Below are positions 26,102-37,223 of a stretch of 55,430 nucleotides of DNA, piece after piece. Where the stretch lies: assembly GCA_014858325.1 (NCBI GenBank), contig RKCM01000119.1:1-55430 (forward strand). Direction: 5' to 3'. Below the pieces are notes generated by a model. It worked only from the letters and a program-made list of their open reading frames with translations. It had not been told where the DNA came from and ran no database searches. Within the stretch, counting starts at the first letter, position 1. Every line of letters starts with the position of its first letter. This DNA comes from Oscillospiraceae bacterium (lineage in GTDB: Bacteria > Bacillota > Clostridia > Oscillospirales > Ruminococcaceae). The translations under genes were made by a program, and so were the position numbers.

Positions 26102-27322
26102 TTATCCTGTTGTTTCTGCATCATCATGGCTGTTTTCGTCTGTCGTTTCGCTGTCCGTCAGCGCGGAAATATCCGCCCGGAAGCCTTCCCGCGCGGCACC
26201 TTCAAAGGCTTCCATGGGGCCTGCGGGGGTATCCGAATCAGCGTCCTCCTGCAGAAGTGCTTCTTCCCTGTTCCCTGCTGCCCGTTTTGTTGTATCCAAG
26301 TGAGCCTTTTCGGGTGTGACCGTACCCAGCGGGTTCTGCTCAATGGCTGCACGCACCTGAAAATCCTGTAGGTGCGTATAAATTTGAGTGGTGCCGACGC
26401 TGCTGTGGCCCAGCAGCTGCTTGAGGGTCAGGATATCCACATTGCCGGTCTGATACATCAGTGTTGCGGCAGTGTGACGGAGCTTGTGGACCGAGAAGTC
26501 CTTGAGTCCCGCCGCCCGCATGGCCCCTTTGATGAGCTGTTCTACGCGGCGGTTGGAGATGCGGTCTTTCCGCCGCCGGGTGACGAAGACGGCCCGCTCC
26601 TTGGGGTTCATTCCCTCCATCGTGTTCCGCTTGGCAAGATAAAGCCGCAAAGCTTCTATGCAGGCATCGTTGAGATAGACCATTCGCTCCTTGTGGCCCT
26701 TGCCGAAAAGCCGAATCTGCCGCTGTTCGAGGTCGATATCGCCCAGATCCATGCCCACAAGCTCCGAAAGTCGCATCCCACAGTTCAAAAACAGCACGAC
26801 CATGCAATAATCCCGCTCCGGGAAATCGCTCTGGTACTGGGTGCTTTCCAGCAAGTCCATGGATTGCTCTGCCGTCAGATATTTGGGTAAGACCTTGTCC
26901 TGTTTGGGCGGGCGAATGGCCGCCGTGGGGTCCTGCTGGATGCGGTTGACCTGATTGGTCAAATAATCGTAAAACCCGTGCAGGCTGGCCAGCCGCCGGG
27001 CAGTGGAGGATTTTTTATTGCCGCACTCGCTGCTCAAAAAATACAGGTATTCGTAGATATCTTCTTTGGACACCGCAGCCCAAAAGGCTGTATCGAGCCC
27101 CTTGGGGTCGATGTCCTTCATTTCGGCGTCGTCCGGGACAAGGCTGCGCCGCCGCTTCATGAATTTGCTGAAATTGCGCAGATCGCAGTAGTAGCTGAAA
27201 GCCGTGTTGGGGCTTTTTCCCGCAATGACTTCCAGATAGCGTACGTATTCCACAATGTCCGGCGAAGCATCATCAAAGGGTTTGTGTTTGCCGGGATTCT
27301 TTTCGTCCAGATAAATCGACAT
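26102..27322 (-). CDS. xerC: Xer-family tyrosine recombinase
   Basis: Catalytic R (GMRLSEL), K (GKGHKER), HKLRH, LLGH, Y (TQIYTH); N-terminal SAM-like domain; acidic C-terminal tail. Confidence 0.85.
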   Translation of the reverse strand: MSIYLDEKNPGKHKPFDDASPDIVEYVRYLEVIAGKSPNTAFSYYCDLRNFSKFMKRRRSLVPDDAEMKDIDPKGLDTAFWAAVSKEDIYEYLYFLSSECGNKKSSTARRLASLHGFYDYLTNQVNRIQQDPTAAIRPPKQDKVLPKYLTAEQSMDLLESTQYQSDFPERDYCMVVLFLNCGMRLSELVGMDLGDIDLEQRQIRLFGKGHKERMVYLNDACIEALRLYLAKRNTMEGMNPKERAVFVTRRRKDRISNRRVEQLIKGAMRAAGLKDFSVHKLRHTAATLMYQTGNVDILTLKQLLGHSSVGTTQIYTHLQDFQVRAAIEQNPLGTVTPEKAHLDTTKRAAGNREEALLQEDADSDTPAGPMEAFEGAAREGFRADISALTDSETTDENSHDDAETTG

Positions 27323-27336
27323 GAGTTCCCTCTTTT

Positions 27337-28749
27337 TTATAAGCGGTCTTTCTTCAATGCTTGGATGGCCTCGGAAAGATAAGCGGCTCCTACCAGCTGC
27401 ATTCCGGGGTAATCGGCGGCGTTCAGGTGGGCAAGGCTGTGCTTGGGGAGGACAGCGCGCTCAAAACCGATGCGCTCGGCTTCCCGCAAGCGCTGTTCGA
27501 GGTTCGGCACGCTGCGCACCTCGCCGCCAAGGCCCACTTCGCCGATGGCAATGAGTTTATCGCTGACGGGCTGATCGAGCAGAGACGACACCATGCTGAG
27601 GCAGACGGCCAGATCGCAGGCGGTATCTCGCAGGGCAATGCCGCCCACGATGTTGATATACACATCCAGATTGCCAAAGAAATACCCCGCCCGCTTTTCC
27701 AGTACGGCGATGAGCAGATTCATGCGGTTGTAATCGTAACCGCTGCAGGCACGGCGCGGAGCTGGGAAATTTGTTTTGGTGGCCAGCGCCTGGATCTCGC
27801 TCAGGATGGGGCGGCTGCCCTCCATGGTGCAGGCGACGCAGTTGCCCGAAACGCCCAGCGGGCGGCCTTCCAGCAGCATTTGGGAGGGGTTTTCGATCTC
27901 CTCAAGCCCCTGCCCTGTCATATCGAACATTCCCAGCTCATTGGTGGAGCCGTAGCGGTTCTTTGCTGCCCGCAGGATGCGGTAGGGCAGCATCTTGTCC
28001 CCCTCAAAGTAGAGCACGGTATCTACGATGTGCTCCATCACCTTGGGGCCGGCAATGGCACCGTCTTTGTTGACATGGCCCACGATGAACATCGGGATCT
28101 CCTGCTTCTTGGCCACGGCCAGCAAGCGGGCGGCGCTCTCCTTTACCTGGCTGACCGTGCCGGAAGAGGATGAGATATCCATGCACCGCATGGTCTGGAT
28201 GGAATCGATGACCACGAGATCGGGCTTCTCCTTCTCGATCAGGCCGCAGATCTCGTCTACGTCATTTTCCGCAGCGAGGTAGATGTTCTCCTGCGGCACC
28301 TTCAGGCGTGCGGCACGCAGCTTGACCTGCCGCACCGACTCTTCGCCTGTGATATACAGAACCGTATGCTGGTTGGAGATGGCTCCGCACAGCTGCAGCA
28401 GCATGGTGGATTTGCCCACGCCCGGCTCACCGCTCAGCAATACCACGCCGCCCAGCACGATGCCGCCTCCCAGCACCCGGTCCAGCTCGGAAATGCCCGT
28501 CAGGATGCGGCTTTTTTCTTCCGTTGTACTGATATCGGCCAGCCGCTTTGCCGTCAGGGAGGTAACGCCCTCCTGTCGGGCGGCAGCGGCCGTTTTGCCG
28601 CCGGAAAGGCCCGCCTTGGGCGCCTCGGCCACGACGTCTTCATTCATGGTGTTCCAGCTGCCGCAGCTGGGGCAGCGGCCCATCCAGCGGGGGCTTGTCT
28701 CCCCGCAGTTGGAGCAGACATATACCGTTTTGAGTTTTGGTTCTTTCAT
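27337..28749 (-). CDS. radA: DNA repair protein RadA/Sms
   Basis: C4 zinc finger, GEPGVGKS, KNRYG, Lon-like C-terminal domain. Confidence 0.97.
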   Translation of the reverse strand: MKEPKLKTVYVCSNCGETSPRWMGRCPSCGSWNTMNEDVVAEAPKAGLSGGKTAAAARQEGVTSLTAKRLADISTTEEKSRILTGISELDRVLGGGIVLGGVVLLSGEPGVGKSTMLLQLCGAISNQHTVLYITGEESVRQVKLRAARLKVPQENIYLAAENDVDEICGLIEKEKPDLVVIDSIQTMRCMDISSSSGTVSQVKESAARLLAVAKKQEIPMFIVGHVNKDGAIAGPKVMEHIVDTVLYFEGDKMLPYRILRAAKNRYGSTNELGMFDMTGQGLEEIENPSQMLLEGRPLGVSGNCVACTMEGSRPILSEIQALATKTNFPAPRRACSGYDYNRMNLLIAVLEKRAGYFFGNLDVYINIVGGIALRDTACDLAVCLSMVSSLLDQPVSDKLIAIGEVGLGGEVRSVPNLEQRLREAERIGFERAVLPKHSLAHLNAADYPGMQLVGAAYLSEAIQALKKDRL

Positions 28750-28846
28750 TCTCTGGGCTCCTGTTCGTTACACGAAATCGTTTGTCCTTATCATACCACA
28801 CAGAAGCAAAACCCGCAAGAAAGATGCGAAAGAAGCGCAGCCGGTT

Positions 28847-29599
28847 TCATCCCAAATGATTGGCCAGATACACAAGGCAGACCGCCCCGCCGCAGAGGGG
28901 CAGAAACGCCCCGCAGGCCCATGCAAACTGCCCCAACAGCCGCCGTGCACCGGGGGTGGTTCCCCTGCTTTTCCCTGCTTGGCCAAAGGAGACCGCGTGC
29001 AGGCGGCTGCTCACCCGCAGCGCTGCCGCGCCAAACAGGCAAAGCACCCCGGCTGCCAGTGCCGTTGGCACGCTGGAGAGCAGCCCCATCAGCAAAAAAC
29101 GCTTCCAGCCAAGGCCCGAAAGCAGCTGTGCCGAGAGCAGGCTCATTCCAGCACCATAAAGCATCGCAAAAAGATAAATGGGCAGCGCTCCCAGTGCGGA
29201 GAGACCCAGCAGCAGCAAAACCGTCAATGCCCCCAGCGCCGTGAGGAGCTCGGACGTAAACAGCCTGGCCACCTGAGAGGCGCTCTGGACGGCAAAGAGG
29301 CTCTGCCAGCATTGGAGGTAGTAGGCCAGCATCTCGGCCTCTCCGGCATCGCAGCGGGCCTGCAGAATGCCTGCCGCGAAGGTCCCCAGCAAATAGGCGG
29401 CCGCCAGCAGGGTGCACCTCCGGCTGAGGTGCGGAATCCGCTTTTGCTTTGGGGAAGCGGATGCCGGAGCAGCGTTTACGGCTGGGGGCCGTGGCGGCGC
29501 TGCAGGCGGGATGATCTGCTCTGGGATCGCGGGCAGGTCCGCCGGTGCGGAGGCAGGTTTTGCGATGGATCGTGTTTCGGTCTTTGGATACACCCACAT
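28847..29599 (-). CDS. Membrane protein, possibly SpoIIM-like
   Basis: Multi-TM C-terminal region; start inferred at MWVYPK behind a GGAGG RBS. Confidence 0.5.
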   Translation of the reverse strand: MWVYPKTETRSIAKPASAPADLPAIPEQIIPPAAPPRPPAVNAAPASASPKQKRIPHLSRRCTLLAAAYLLGTFAAGILQARCDAGEAEMLAYYLQCWQSLFAVQSASQVARLFTSELLTALGALTVLLLLGLSALGALPIYLFAMLYGAGMSLLSAQLLSGLGWKRFLLMGLLSSVPTALAAGVLCLFGAAALRVSSRLHAVSFGQAGKSRGTTPGARRLLGQFAWACGAFLPLCGGAVCLVYLANHLG

Positions 29600-29673
29600 G
29601 GAGCCTTGTCCCTCCTGCTGCTTCAAAAACAGGTGCACCACCTGTGGTGCACCCGCGTTGTGTGTTCTGCGCC

Positions 29674-30072
29674 TCACGAGCGCCGCCGCTTTTCGCTCCG
29701 CAGCATTCCCAGTACACCGCCGATGCAGCCAAACAGGAATACCACGGCAAACCGTATCAGCTCCCACTCCCCCGGCGGCCCGCCGGAGAAGAGAGCAAAG
29801 CAGAGCAGCAGGAAAACGAACAGTGTCCCCTGCACCACGCCGCAGAGCAGCCCCCGGCTCTTTTGCCAAAAAGCCATGAGCCAGCCGCTGAACAGGCTTC
29901 CCGCACTGACGGCGCAGGTGGCCATGGGCCAGGCCGCACTCTGCGAGAGCCCCTGCTGCACCATTCCGTAGGCGAGGCCCGCCATGCAGGCCCCGGCCAG
30001 AATGCCACCGCCGCAAAAGGCGAGCAGCGCTCTGCCCGCCGGGAATTTTGCCGAAGAAGTTCCACCAGACAT
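29674..30072 (-). CDS. TIGR04086-like four-TM membrane protein
   Basis: K.RGLL.G and GG..G motifs; typical neighbour of yajC. Confidence 0.7.
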   Translation of the reverse strand: MSGGTSSAKFPAGRALLAFCGGGILAGACMAGLAYGMVQQGLSQSAAWPMATCAVSAGSLFSGWLMAFWQKSRGLLCGVVQGTLFVFLLLCFALFSGGPPGEWELIRFAVVFLFGCIGGVLGMLRSEKRRRS

Positions 30073-30139
30073 AAAAACGCGCCTCCCTGCACTTACTGTA
30101 TGCAGGGAGACGCGTGAAACATTCGTTTTTTGCAGGAAA

Positions 30140-30454
30140 TTATTTCTTGGAGGAAGCGGCGTTGTCCATGTTCAGCTTCTCAACCGAGCTGATGGCGTTC
30201 TTGGTGAAGCGGATCTTCACGCGGTCTGCGCCGGTCTCCAGCACGAAGGTGTCGTCCTTAATGGCGACAACACGGCCGATGACGCCGCCGATGGTGGTGA
30301 CCTGATCGCCGATCTCCAGCGAAGAACGCATGGCTGCATCCTTCTTCTCCTGCTTCTTCTGGGGACGATAGATCATGAAGTACAGCAGGACGAGCATCAG
30401 CGCCAGCGTAAAGAACAGGCTGATATAGCTTTCGGTAGTGGTCAGAAAATTCAT
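30140..30454 (-). CDS. yajC: Preprotein translocase subunit YajC
   Basis: YFMIYRPQKKQ, GDQVTTIGG; upstream TTGCAA-17-TATAAT promoter at 30517-30489. Confidence 0.95.
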   Translation of the reverse strand: MNFLTTTESYISLFFTLALMLVLLYFMIYRPQKKQEKKDAAMRSSLEIGDQVTTIGGVIGRVVAIKDDTFVLETGADRVKIRFTKNAISSVEKLNMDNAASSKK

Positions 30455-30526
30455 CGGGAAAAATCTCCTCTCAAATTCATATAAGAGTATTATAGCCGTT
30501 TATTCGGCCTGTTGCAAGGGATTTGT

Positions 30527-31768
<1,242 letters not shown>

Positions 31769-31803
31769 TCAGCATGGCGGATGCGATGTTGAAAAGCTAA
31801 ATT

Positions 31804-32832
31804 TTATAAAATCAACATGGCATCGCCAAAAGAAAAGAACCGATAGCGTTCTTCCACGGCCACCTTATAAGCCGCCATGGTCTTTTCGTAGCCGTACAGG
31901 GCCGACACCAGCATGATGAGGGTGCTTTCCGGCAGGTGGAAGTTGGTGATAAGGCCGTCGATGCAATGGAACTTGACGCCGGGGTACAGGAAAATGGAGG
32001 TGTTGCCGCTGCAGGCCTTGATCTCGCCATATTTGGCGGCGACTGCTTCCAGTGTGCGGCAGCTGGTGGTGCCCACGGCGATGACCCGGTGCCCGGCGGC
32101 TTTTGTTTCGCGGATGCGCTGTGCCGTCTCCTCGCTGATGGAGTACCACTCGCTGTGCATCTTGTGGTCGGTGATTTCCTCCTCCATCACGGGGCGGAAG
32201 GTGCCGAGGCCAACGTGAAGCGTTACCTCCGCAATGCCAACGCCCTTGGCGCGGATGGTGTCCATCAGTTCCGGGGTGAAGTGGAGGCCTGCCGTGGGGG
32301 CGGCGGCGCTGCCCAGCTCCTTGGCATAGACGGTCTGGTACTGGCTCTGGTCTTCCAACTGCTTCGTGATATACGGAGGAAGCGGCATTTTGCCAAACTC
32401 ATCCAGCTTTTCATAAAGAGTCTCAGTGTCATAATAGAATGTAACGTACTTGTTGCCGTCTTCCATGGTCTCGTCCACCACGGCGGTCAGGGTGCCGTCG
32501 CCAAAGCTGACCTTGGTACCGGGCTGCATCCGCTTGCCGGGCTTGGCCAGGCACTCCCACTGGTCGCCTTTCACCTGACGCAGCAGCAGCAGCTCGCAGA
32601 TCGCGCCGGTGGGCTGCTTGACGCCCACGATGCGGGCGGGCAGGACCTTGGAGTTGTTGACGACCAGCAGGTCGCCGGGCTCCAGAAATTCGGGCAGGTC
32701 GTGGAAGATTTTATGCTGGATGCTGTCATCCTTCTGGCTCAAAACCATCAGTCGTGCGGCGTCGCGGGGGTCCGCCGGCTCCTGAGCAATGAGCTCTTTG
32801 GGTAAATCATACCAAAAATCTTTTTTGTACAT
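31804..32832 (-). CDS. queA: S-adenosylmethionine:tRNA ribosyltransferase-isomerase
   Basis: LIAQEP, YQTVYA, AAPTAGLHF, TNFHLPEST, FFSFGDAM. Confidence 0.97.
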   Translation of the reverse strand: MYKKDFWYDLPKELIAQEPADPRDAARLMVLSQKDDSIQHKIFHDLPEFLEPGDLLVVNNSKVLPARIVGVKQPTGAICELLLLRQVKGDQWECLAKPGKRMQPGTKVSFGDGTLTAVVDETMEDGNKYVTFYYDTETLYEKLDEFGKMPLPPYITKQLEDQSQYQTVYAKELGSAAAPTAGLHFTPELMDTIRAKGVGIAEVTLHVGLGTFRPVMEEEITDHKMHSEWYSISEETAQRIRETKAAGHRVIAVGTTSCRTLEAVAAKYGEIKACSGNTSIFLYPGVKFHCIDGLITNFHLPESTLIMLVSALYGYEKTMAAYKVAVEERYRFFSFGDAMLIL

Positions 32833-32857
32833 GGTTTGCAATTTGCCTTTCCGATGA

Positions 32858-32938
32858 TTGACACGGCAGCCGTATCAATGGTATCATAAAATCTGTATAA
32901 ACAGTCTCTATTATATTGCATCGTCGTCCGCTTTGCAA
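32858..32938. promoter_or_regulatory. Face-to-face sigmaA promoters for asd (+) and queA (-)
   Basis: + TTGACA(32858)-18-TATCAT(32882); - TTGCAA(32938)-17-TATAAT(32915-32910). Confidence 0.6.
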
Positions 32939-32986
32939 GCGGGGCATGTGCGAATTTTTGTTTTTTTGAAAGGAAAGGTGCTGGAA

Positions 32987-34069
32987 ATGGAAAAACAGTA
33001 TAAAGTGGGTATCGTTGGTGCAACGGGTATGGTCGGCCAGCGTTTTGTGACGCTGCTGGAAAACCACCCCTGGTTCCGGCTGACGACGCTGGCTGCTTCC
33101 GGCCGCAGCGCAGGCAAGACCTATGAGGACGCTGTGGGTGCACGCTGGGCCATGACCACCCCGATGCCCGAGGGCGTGAAGAAGATGGTGGTGCTGGACG
33201 CTTCCCATGTGGAAGAAGTGGCCTCTCAGGTCGATTTCATCTTCTGCGCCGTGAACATGCCCAAGGCTGAGATCAAGGCACTGGAAGAAGCGTATGCCAA
33301 GGCAGAGTGCCCCGTCGTCTCCAACAACAGTGCAAACCGCTTTACCCCGGATGTGCCCATGGTAGTGCCGGAGATCAATGCCGACCACATCGAGATCATC
33401 CCGGCCCAGCGCAAGCGTCTGGGCACCAAGCGCGGCTTCATTGCCGTCAAGTCCAACTGCAGCCTGCAGAGCTATGTGCCTGCCCTGCATCCCCTGATGA
33501 AGGAGTTTGGCGTCAACAAGGCGCTGGTCTGCACCTATCAGGCCATTTCCGGCGCAGGCAAGACCTTTGATCGGATGCCCGAGATCATCGACAACGTCAT
33601 CCCCTACATCGGCGGCGAGGAGGAAAAGAGCGAGCGCGAGCCCCTCAAGCTGTGGGGCCACATCGAAGGCGACCAGATCGTGAACGCTGAGAAGCCCACC
33701 ATCACGGCCCAGTGCTTCCGTGTCCCCGTTTCCGATGGCCACACCGCTGCTGTCTTTGTCAGCTTTGATAAAAAGCCCACCCAGGAGCAGATCCTGGAGG
33801 CATGGGCCAACTTCCGCGGCCCTGCACAGGAGCTCGACCTGCCCAGCGCACCCAAGCAGTTCCTGCACTACTTCACCGAGCCCGACCGTCCGCAGCCCAA
33901 GCTCGACCGCAACACGGAGAACGGCATGGCCGTCTGCATCGGCCGCCTGCGGGAGGACACCCTGTTCGATTACAAGTTCGCCTGCATGAGCCACAACACC
34001 CTGCGCGGTGCGGCGGGCGGCGCAGTGCTGCTGGCCGAGCTGCTGGCAGCCAAGGGCTATTTTGACTAA
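32987..34069 (+). CDS. asd: Aspartate-semialdehyde dehydrogenase
   Basis: [31 protein letters not shown]. Confidence 0.95.
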   Translation: MEKQYKVGIVGATGMVGQRFVTLLENHPWFRLTTLAASGRSAGKTYEDAVGARWAMTTPMPEGVKKMVVLDASHVEEVASQVDFIFCAVNMPKAEIKALEEAYAKAECPVVSNNSANRFTPDVPMVVPEINADHIEIIPAQRKRLGTKRGFIAVKSNCSLQSYVPALHPLMKEFGVNKALVCTYQAISGAGKTFDRMPEIIDNVIPYIGGEEEKSEREPLKLWGHIEGDQIVNAEKPTITAQCFRVPVSDGHTAAVFVSFDKKPTQEQILEAWANFRGPAQELDLPSAPKQFLHYFTEPDRPQPKLDRNTENGMAVCIGRLREDTLFDYKFACMSHNTLRGAAGGAVLLAELLAAKGYFD

Positions 34070-34108
34070 CTGGTACGCCGCCATGCGTACTCAAAGGAGT
34101 TTTTGACC

Positions 34109-34999
34109 ATGAAGAATCCCGTTTTTACCGGCGCAGCCGTTGCCATCATCACCCCCATGTACGAGGACGGCAGCATCAACTTTGATGAGCTGAGCCGCAT
34201 CATCGAGGATCAGATCGCTCGCGGCACCGATGCCATCGTCATCTGCGGCACCACCGGCGAGTGCTCCACCATGACCGACGAAGAGCAGCTGGCCGCCATC
34301 AAGTTTACGGTGGATACCGTCAACCACCGCGTGCCCGTCGTGGCAGGTGCCGGCTCCAACGATACCGACCACGGCTGCGCGCTGGCCGCCAAATCGGCCG
34401 CCTGCGGAGCGGACGCCCTGCTGCTGGTGACTCCCTATTACAACAAGACCAGCCAGGCAGGCCTCATCGCCCACTTCACGGCGATGGCGGAGGCCGGCGG
34501 CATCCCCGTCATCCTGTACAACGTGCCTTCCCGCACGGGCCTGAACATCGCCCCCGAGACGGCACTGGAGCTGAGCAAGCACCCCCTCATCAACGGCCTG
34601 AAGGAAGCTTCCGGCAACATTTCGCAGGTAGCAAAGATCGCTCAGCTCTGCGGCGACGAGCTGAACCTCTACTCCGGCAACGACGATCAGATCGTCCCGC
34701 TGCTGTCTCTGGGCGGCAAGGGCGTGATCAGCGTCGTGTCCAACGTCAAGCCCGAGCTGGTCCACAACTGCTGTAAAGCCTGGTTTGAAGGCGATGTGGA
34801 GAAGGCCCGCGCATTGCAGTTGGAGATGCTGCCCCTGTGCGAGGCTCTCTTCTGCGAGGTGAACCCCATCCCCGTCAAGTATGCGATGAATGTGCTGGGC
34901 TGGAACGCAGGCGAGTGCCGTCTGCCCCTCGTCGAGCCCAGCGACGCCAACAAAGAGAAGATCGAGCGGGCGCTGGCAGCGGAAGGCCTGCTGAACTGA
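34109..34999 (+). CDS. dapA: 4-hydroxy-tetrahydrodipicolinate synthase
   Basis: GTTGE, PYYNK, YNVPSRTG, KEASG. Confidence 0.96.
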   Translation: MKNPVFTGAAVAIITPMYEDGSINFDELSRIIEDQIARGTDAIVICGTTGECSTMTDEEQLAAIKFTVDTVNHRVPVVAGAGSNDTDHGCALAAKSAACGADALLLVTPYYNKTSQAGLIAHFTAMAEAGGIPVILYNVPSRTGLNIAPETALELSKHPLINGLKEASGNISQVAKIAQLCGDELNLYSGNDDQIVPLLSLGGKGVISVVSNVKPELVHNCCKAWFEGDVEKARALQLEMLPLCEALFCEVNPIPVKYAMNVLGWNAGECRLPLVEPSDANKEKIERALAAEGLLN

Positions 35000-35073
35000 C
35001 AAACGAGATGCGGCAATTCAGCCCGGCGGGGGTCCCTTCCGGGCTGAGACCGCAGAAAAAAGAGGAACGACAA

Positions 35074-35832
35074 ATGACCGATATTATCATTCAGGGCATC
35101 GGCGGCCGGATGGGCCATGTGCTGTGCGAGATGATCGCCCAGCGGGCCGACTGCCGCGTGATCGCCGGCATTGACCAGCGGGATGGCGAGCAGAACGGCA
35201 TCCCGGTTTACAACAGTCTGGACAAGCTGGAAGGCAAAGGCGACGTCATCATTGATTTTAGTTCTCCCGTTGCAGTGGAGAACGCCCTGCCCTACTGCGA
35301 GGCCCACAAGCTGCCCATTGTCGTCTGCACCACCGGCCTTTCCGAAGAGCTGCAGCTGAAGGTGGTGCAGCTCTCCCGCAGTGTGCCCGTTTTCAAGAGT
35401 GCGAATATGTCCATGGGCATCAACGTACTGTCTGAGCTGTGCAAACGTGCCTCCGCCATCCTGGGCATGAACTACGATGTGGAGATCGTCGAACAGCACC
35501 ACCACAACAAGCTGGACGCCCCCAGCGGCACCGCTCTCATGCTGGCCGATGCCATCAACGAGGAGAACGACGGCGCGTACCACTATGTCTACGACCGATC
35601 TTCCGTCCGCCAGAAGCGAGACCCGAAGGAGATCGGCATCAGCGCGGTGCGCGGCGGCAGCATCGTGGGCGACCATGAGGTGCTGTTCTGCGGCCCGGAT
35701 GAGGTGATCACCCTCAGGCATACGGCGTATTCCCGCAGCATTTTTGCCAACGGCGCGATCAATGCCGCCGTCTATCTGGCAAAAAAGGAGCCGGGCCTTT
35801 ACAACATGGGCAATATGATCGCAGAGATGTAA
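35074..35832 (+). CDS. dapB: 4-hydroxy-tetrahydrodipicolinate reductase
   Basis: GRMG, IDFS, EQHHHNKLDAPSGTA. Confidence 0.96.
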   Translation: MTDIIIQGIGGRMGHVLCEMIAQRADCRVIAGIDQRDGEQNGIPVYNSLDKLEGKGDVIIDFSSPVAVENALPYCEAHKLPIVVCTTGLSEELQLKVVQLSRSVPVFKSANMSMGINVLSELCKRASAILGMNYDVEIVEQHHHNKLDAPSGTALMLADAINEENDGAYHYVYDRSSVRQKRDPKEIGISAVRGGSIVGDHEVLFCGPDEVITLRHTAYSRSIFANGAINAAVYLAKKEPGLYNMGNMIAEM

Positions 35833-35885
35833 CTCTCTGAACAGCCTGTCACAAAATGTGGGATGGTGCGTCAGGAGGTTGGAGA

Positions 35886-37178
35886 ATGGCCAGGCACGCA
35901 AAACATGAAATTGTTCCCCGGCGCAGGCATTCATCGCGGCAGTCTCCCTCCCGCGGGACCGTTACGCTTCGCGCCCTGGGGGTGCTGCTGACAACGGGTG
36001 TCGCGCTGCTCTGTCTCGGCTTTTTCCAAGGAGGACGAGTCCGGGACCCGGTGCTGCCCACCGTCCTGCCGGACCCTCGTCCAGCTCTGTCGGAGGAGCT
36101 GTCCCCGCCGGAGCCGCAGCCTGTTGTGACCACGCTGCGCTTTTTGGCCGCCGGAGACAATCTCATCCACGCGCCCATCTACAAACAGGCTGCCCGGCGG
36201 GCTGCGGAAGGAGAGGGCTATCGCTTTGACGAGTGTTATGAGAATCTGAACCCCTTCTTCGCTGGGCAGGACATCAATTGGATCAACCAGGAGACCCTCT
36301 GTACCAGAGAATTGGAGCCTTCGACCTACCCCTGCTTCTCGACTCCGGGCCAATGCGCGGAGGCGCTGTACCGCTCGGGGTTCCGGGTGTTCAGCCTCTC
36401 TAACAACCACACCTATGATAAGGGCGCTTCCGGCATTGCCGCCACCCTCCGCTTCTGGGAATCGATGCCGGAGGACGTGATCACTACCGGACTGTGGAAA
36501 GGCGAAGCCGACTATGGCCGCATCCCCATCCAAACGGTCCAGGGGGTGCGGATCGCCTATCTTTCCTATACAGAGCATACCAATGGCATTCCGCAAAACA
36601 GCAAAATGACGGCCAACGTCATTTATACCAGCCAGACGGATATCATAGAGCAGCAGGTACGGGCGGCACGGCAGAACGCAGATTTTGTGGTGGTAGGCGT
36701 CCATTGGGGGGTGGAGGACAGCCATACCATTACCCAGGCACAGCAGGCTTTGGCCCAGTCTTTGGCAGACTGGGGTGCCGATGTGATCGTGGGTACCCAC
36801 CCCCATGTGCTGCAGGATGCCCAGTGGCGGAAAGCAGCAGATGGCCGGGAGGTATTTGTGGCCTACTCTCTGGGCAATTTCCTCAGCACTCAGAGCAAGC
36901 CGGATCAGCTTATCGGTGCGGTGCTGACCCTGGAACTGGAGCACACGGTCGAGCCGGACGGAAGCGTTCACTGCGCAGTCCGAACGCCGAAGCTTCACCC
37001 CACGGTGACCCACTACGATGCCGGAAAATCCAATGTCCGTACCTATCTGTTCCGGGATTATACCCCGGAGCTGGCCCAGGCCCATGGGGTCCGAGCAGAC
37101 TACCCTTCTTTCGGGTACGATTTCATCCGTCAGACAGCACAGACCTATCTTGACCCGGAATTTTTGGAGCTTGCATAA
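35886..37178 (+). CDS. CapA/PGA_cap family metallophosphoesterase-like membrane-anchored protein
   Basis: GDNLIH, NQET, NNHTYD, HWGVE, GTHPHVLQ, YSLGNF. Confidence 0.9.
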   Translation: MARHAKHEIVPRRRHSSRQSPSRGTVTLRALGVLLTTGVALLCLGFFQGGRVRDPVLPTVLPDPRPALSEELSPPEPQPVVTTLRFLAAGDNLIHAPIYKQAARRAAEGEGYRFDECYENLNPFFAGQDINWINQETLCTRELEPSTYPCFSTPGQCAEALYRSGFRVFSLSNNHTYDKGASGIAATLRFWESMPEDVITTGLWKGEADYGRIPIQTVQGVRIAYLSYTEHTNGIPQNSKMTANVIYTSQTDIIEQQVRAARQNADFVVVGVHWGVEDSHTITQAQQALAQSLADWGADVIVGTHPHVLQDAQWRKAADGREVFVAYSLGNFLSTQSKPDQLIGAVLTLELEHTVEPDGSVHCAVRTPKLHPTVTHYDAGKSNVRTYLFRDYTPELAQAHGVRADYPSFGYDFIRQTAQTYLDPEFLELA

Positions 37179-37223
37179 AGCCCCGCATCAGAACGCCCAG
37201 TGGGCAGAATGGAGTGTTTTACT

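Noticed and set aside
26102..27322. The tyrosine recombinase as the prophage integrase
   Set aside because: Separated from the prophage by six core genes, operonic with radA, and Xer-like with no obvious arm-binding domain
28283..30016. 562-aa plus-strand ORF and the 389-aa extension of the minus-strand membrane gene
   Set aside because: They overlap radA and the TIGR04086-like gene; GC-rich open frames without supporting features
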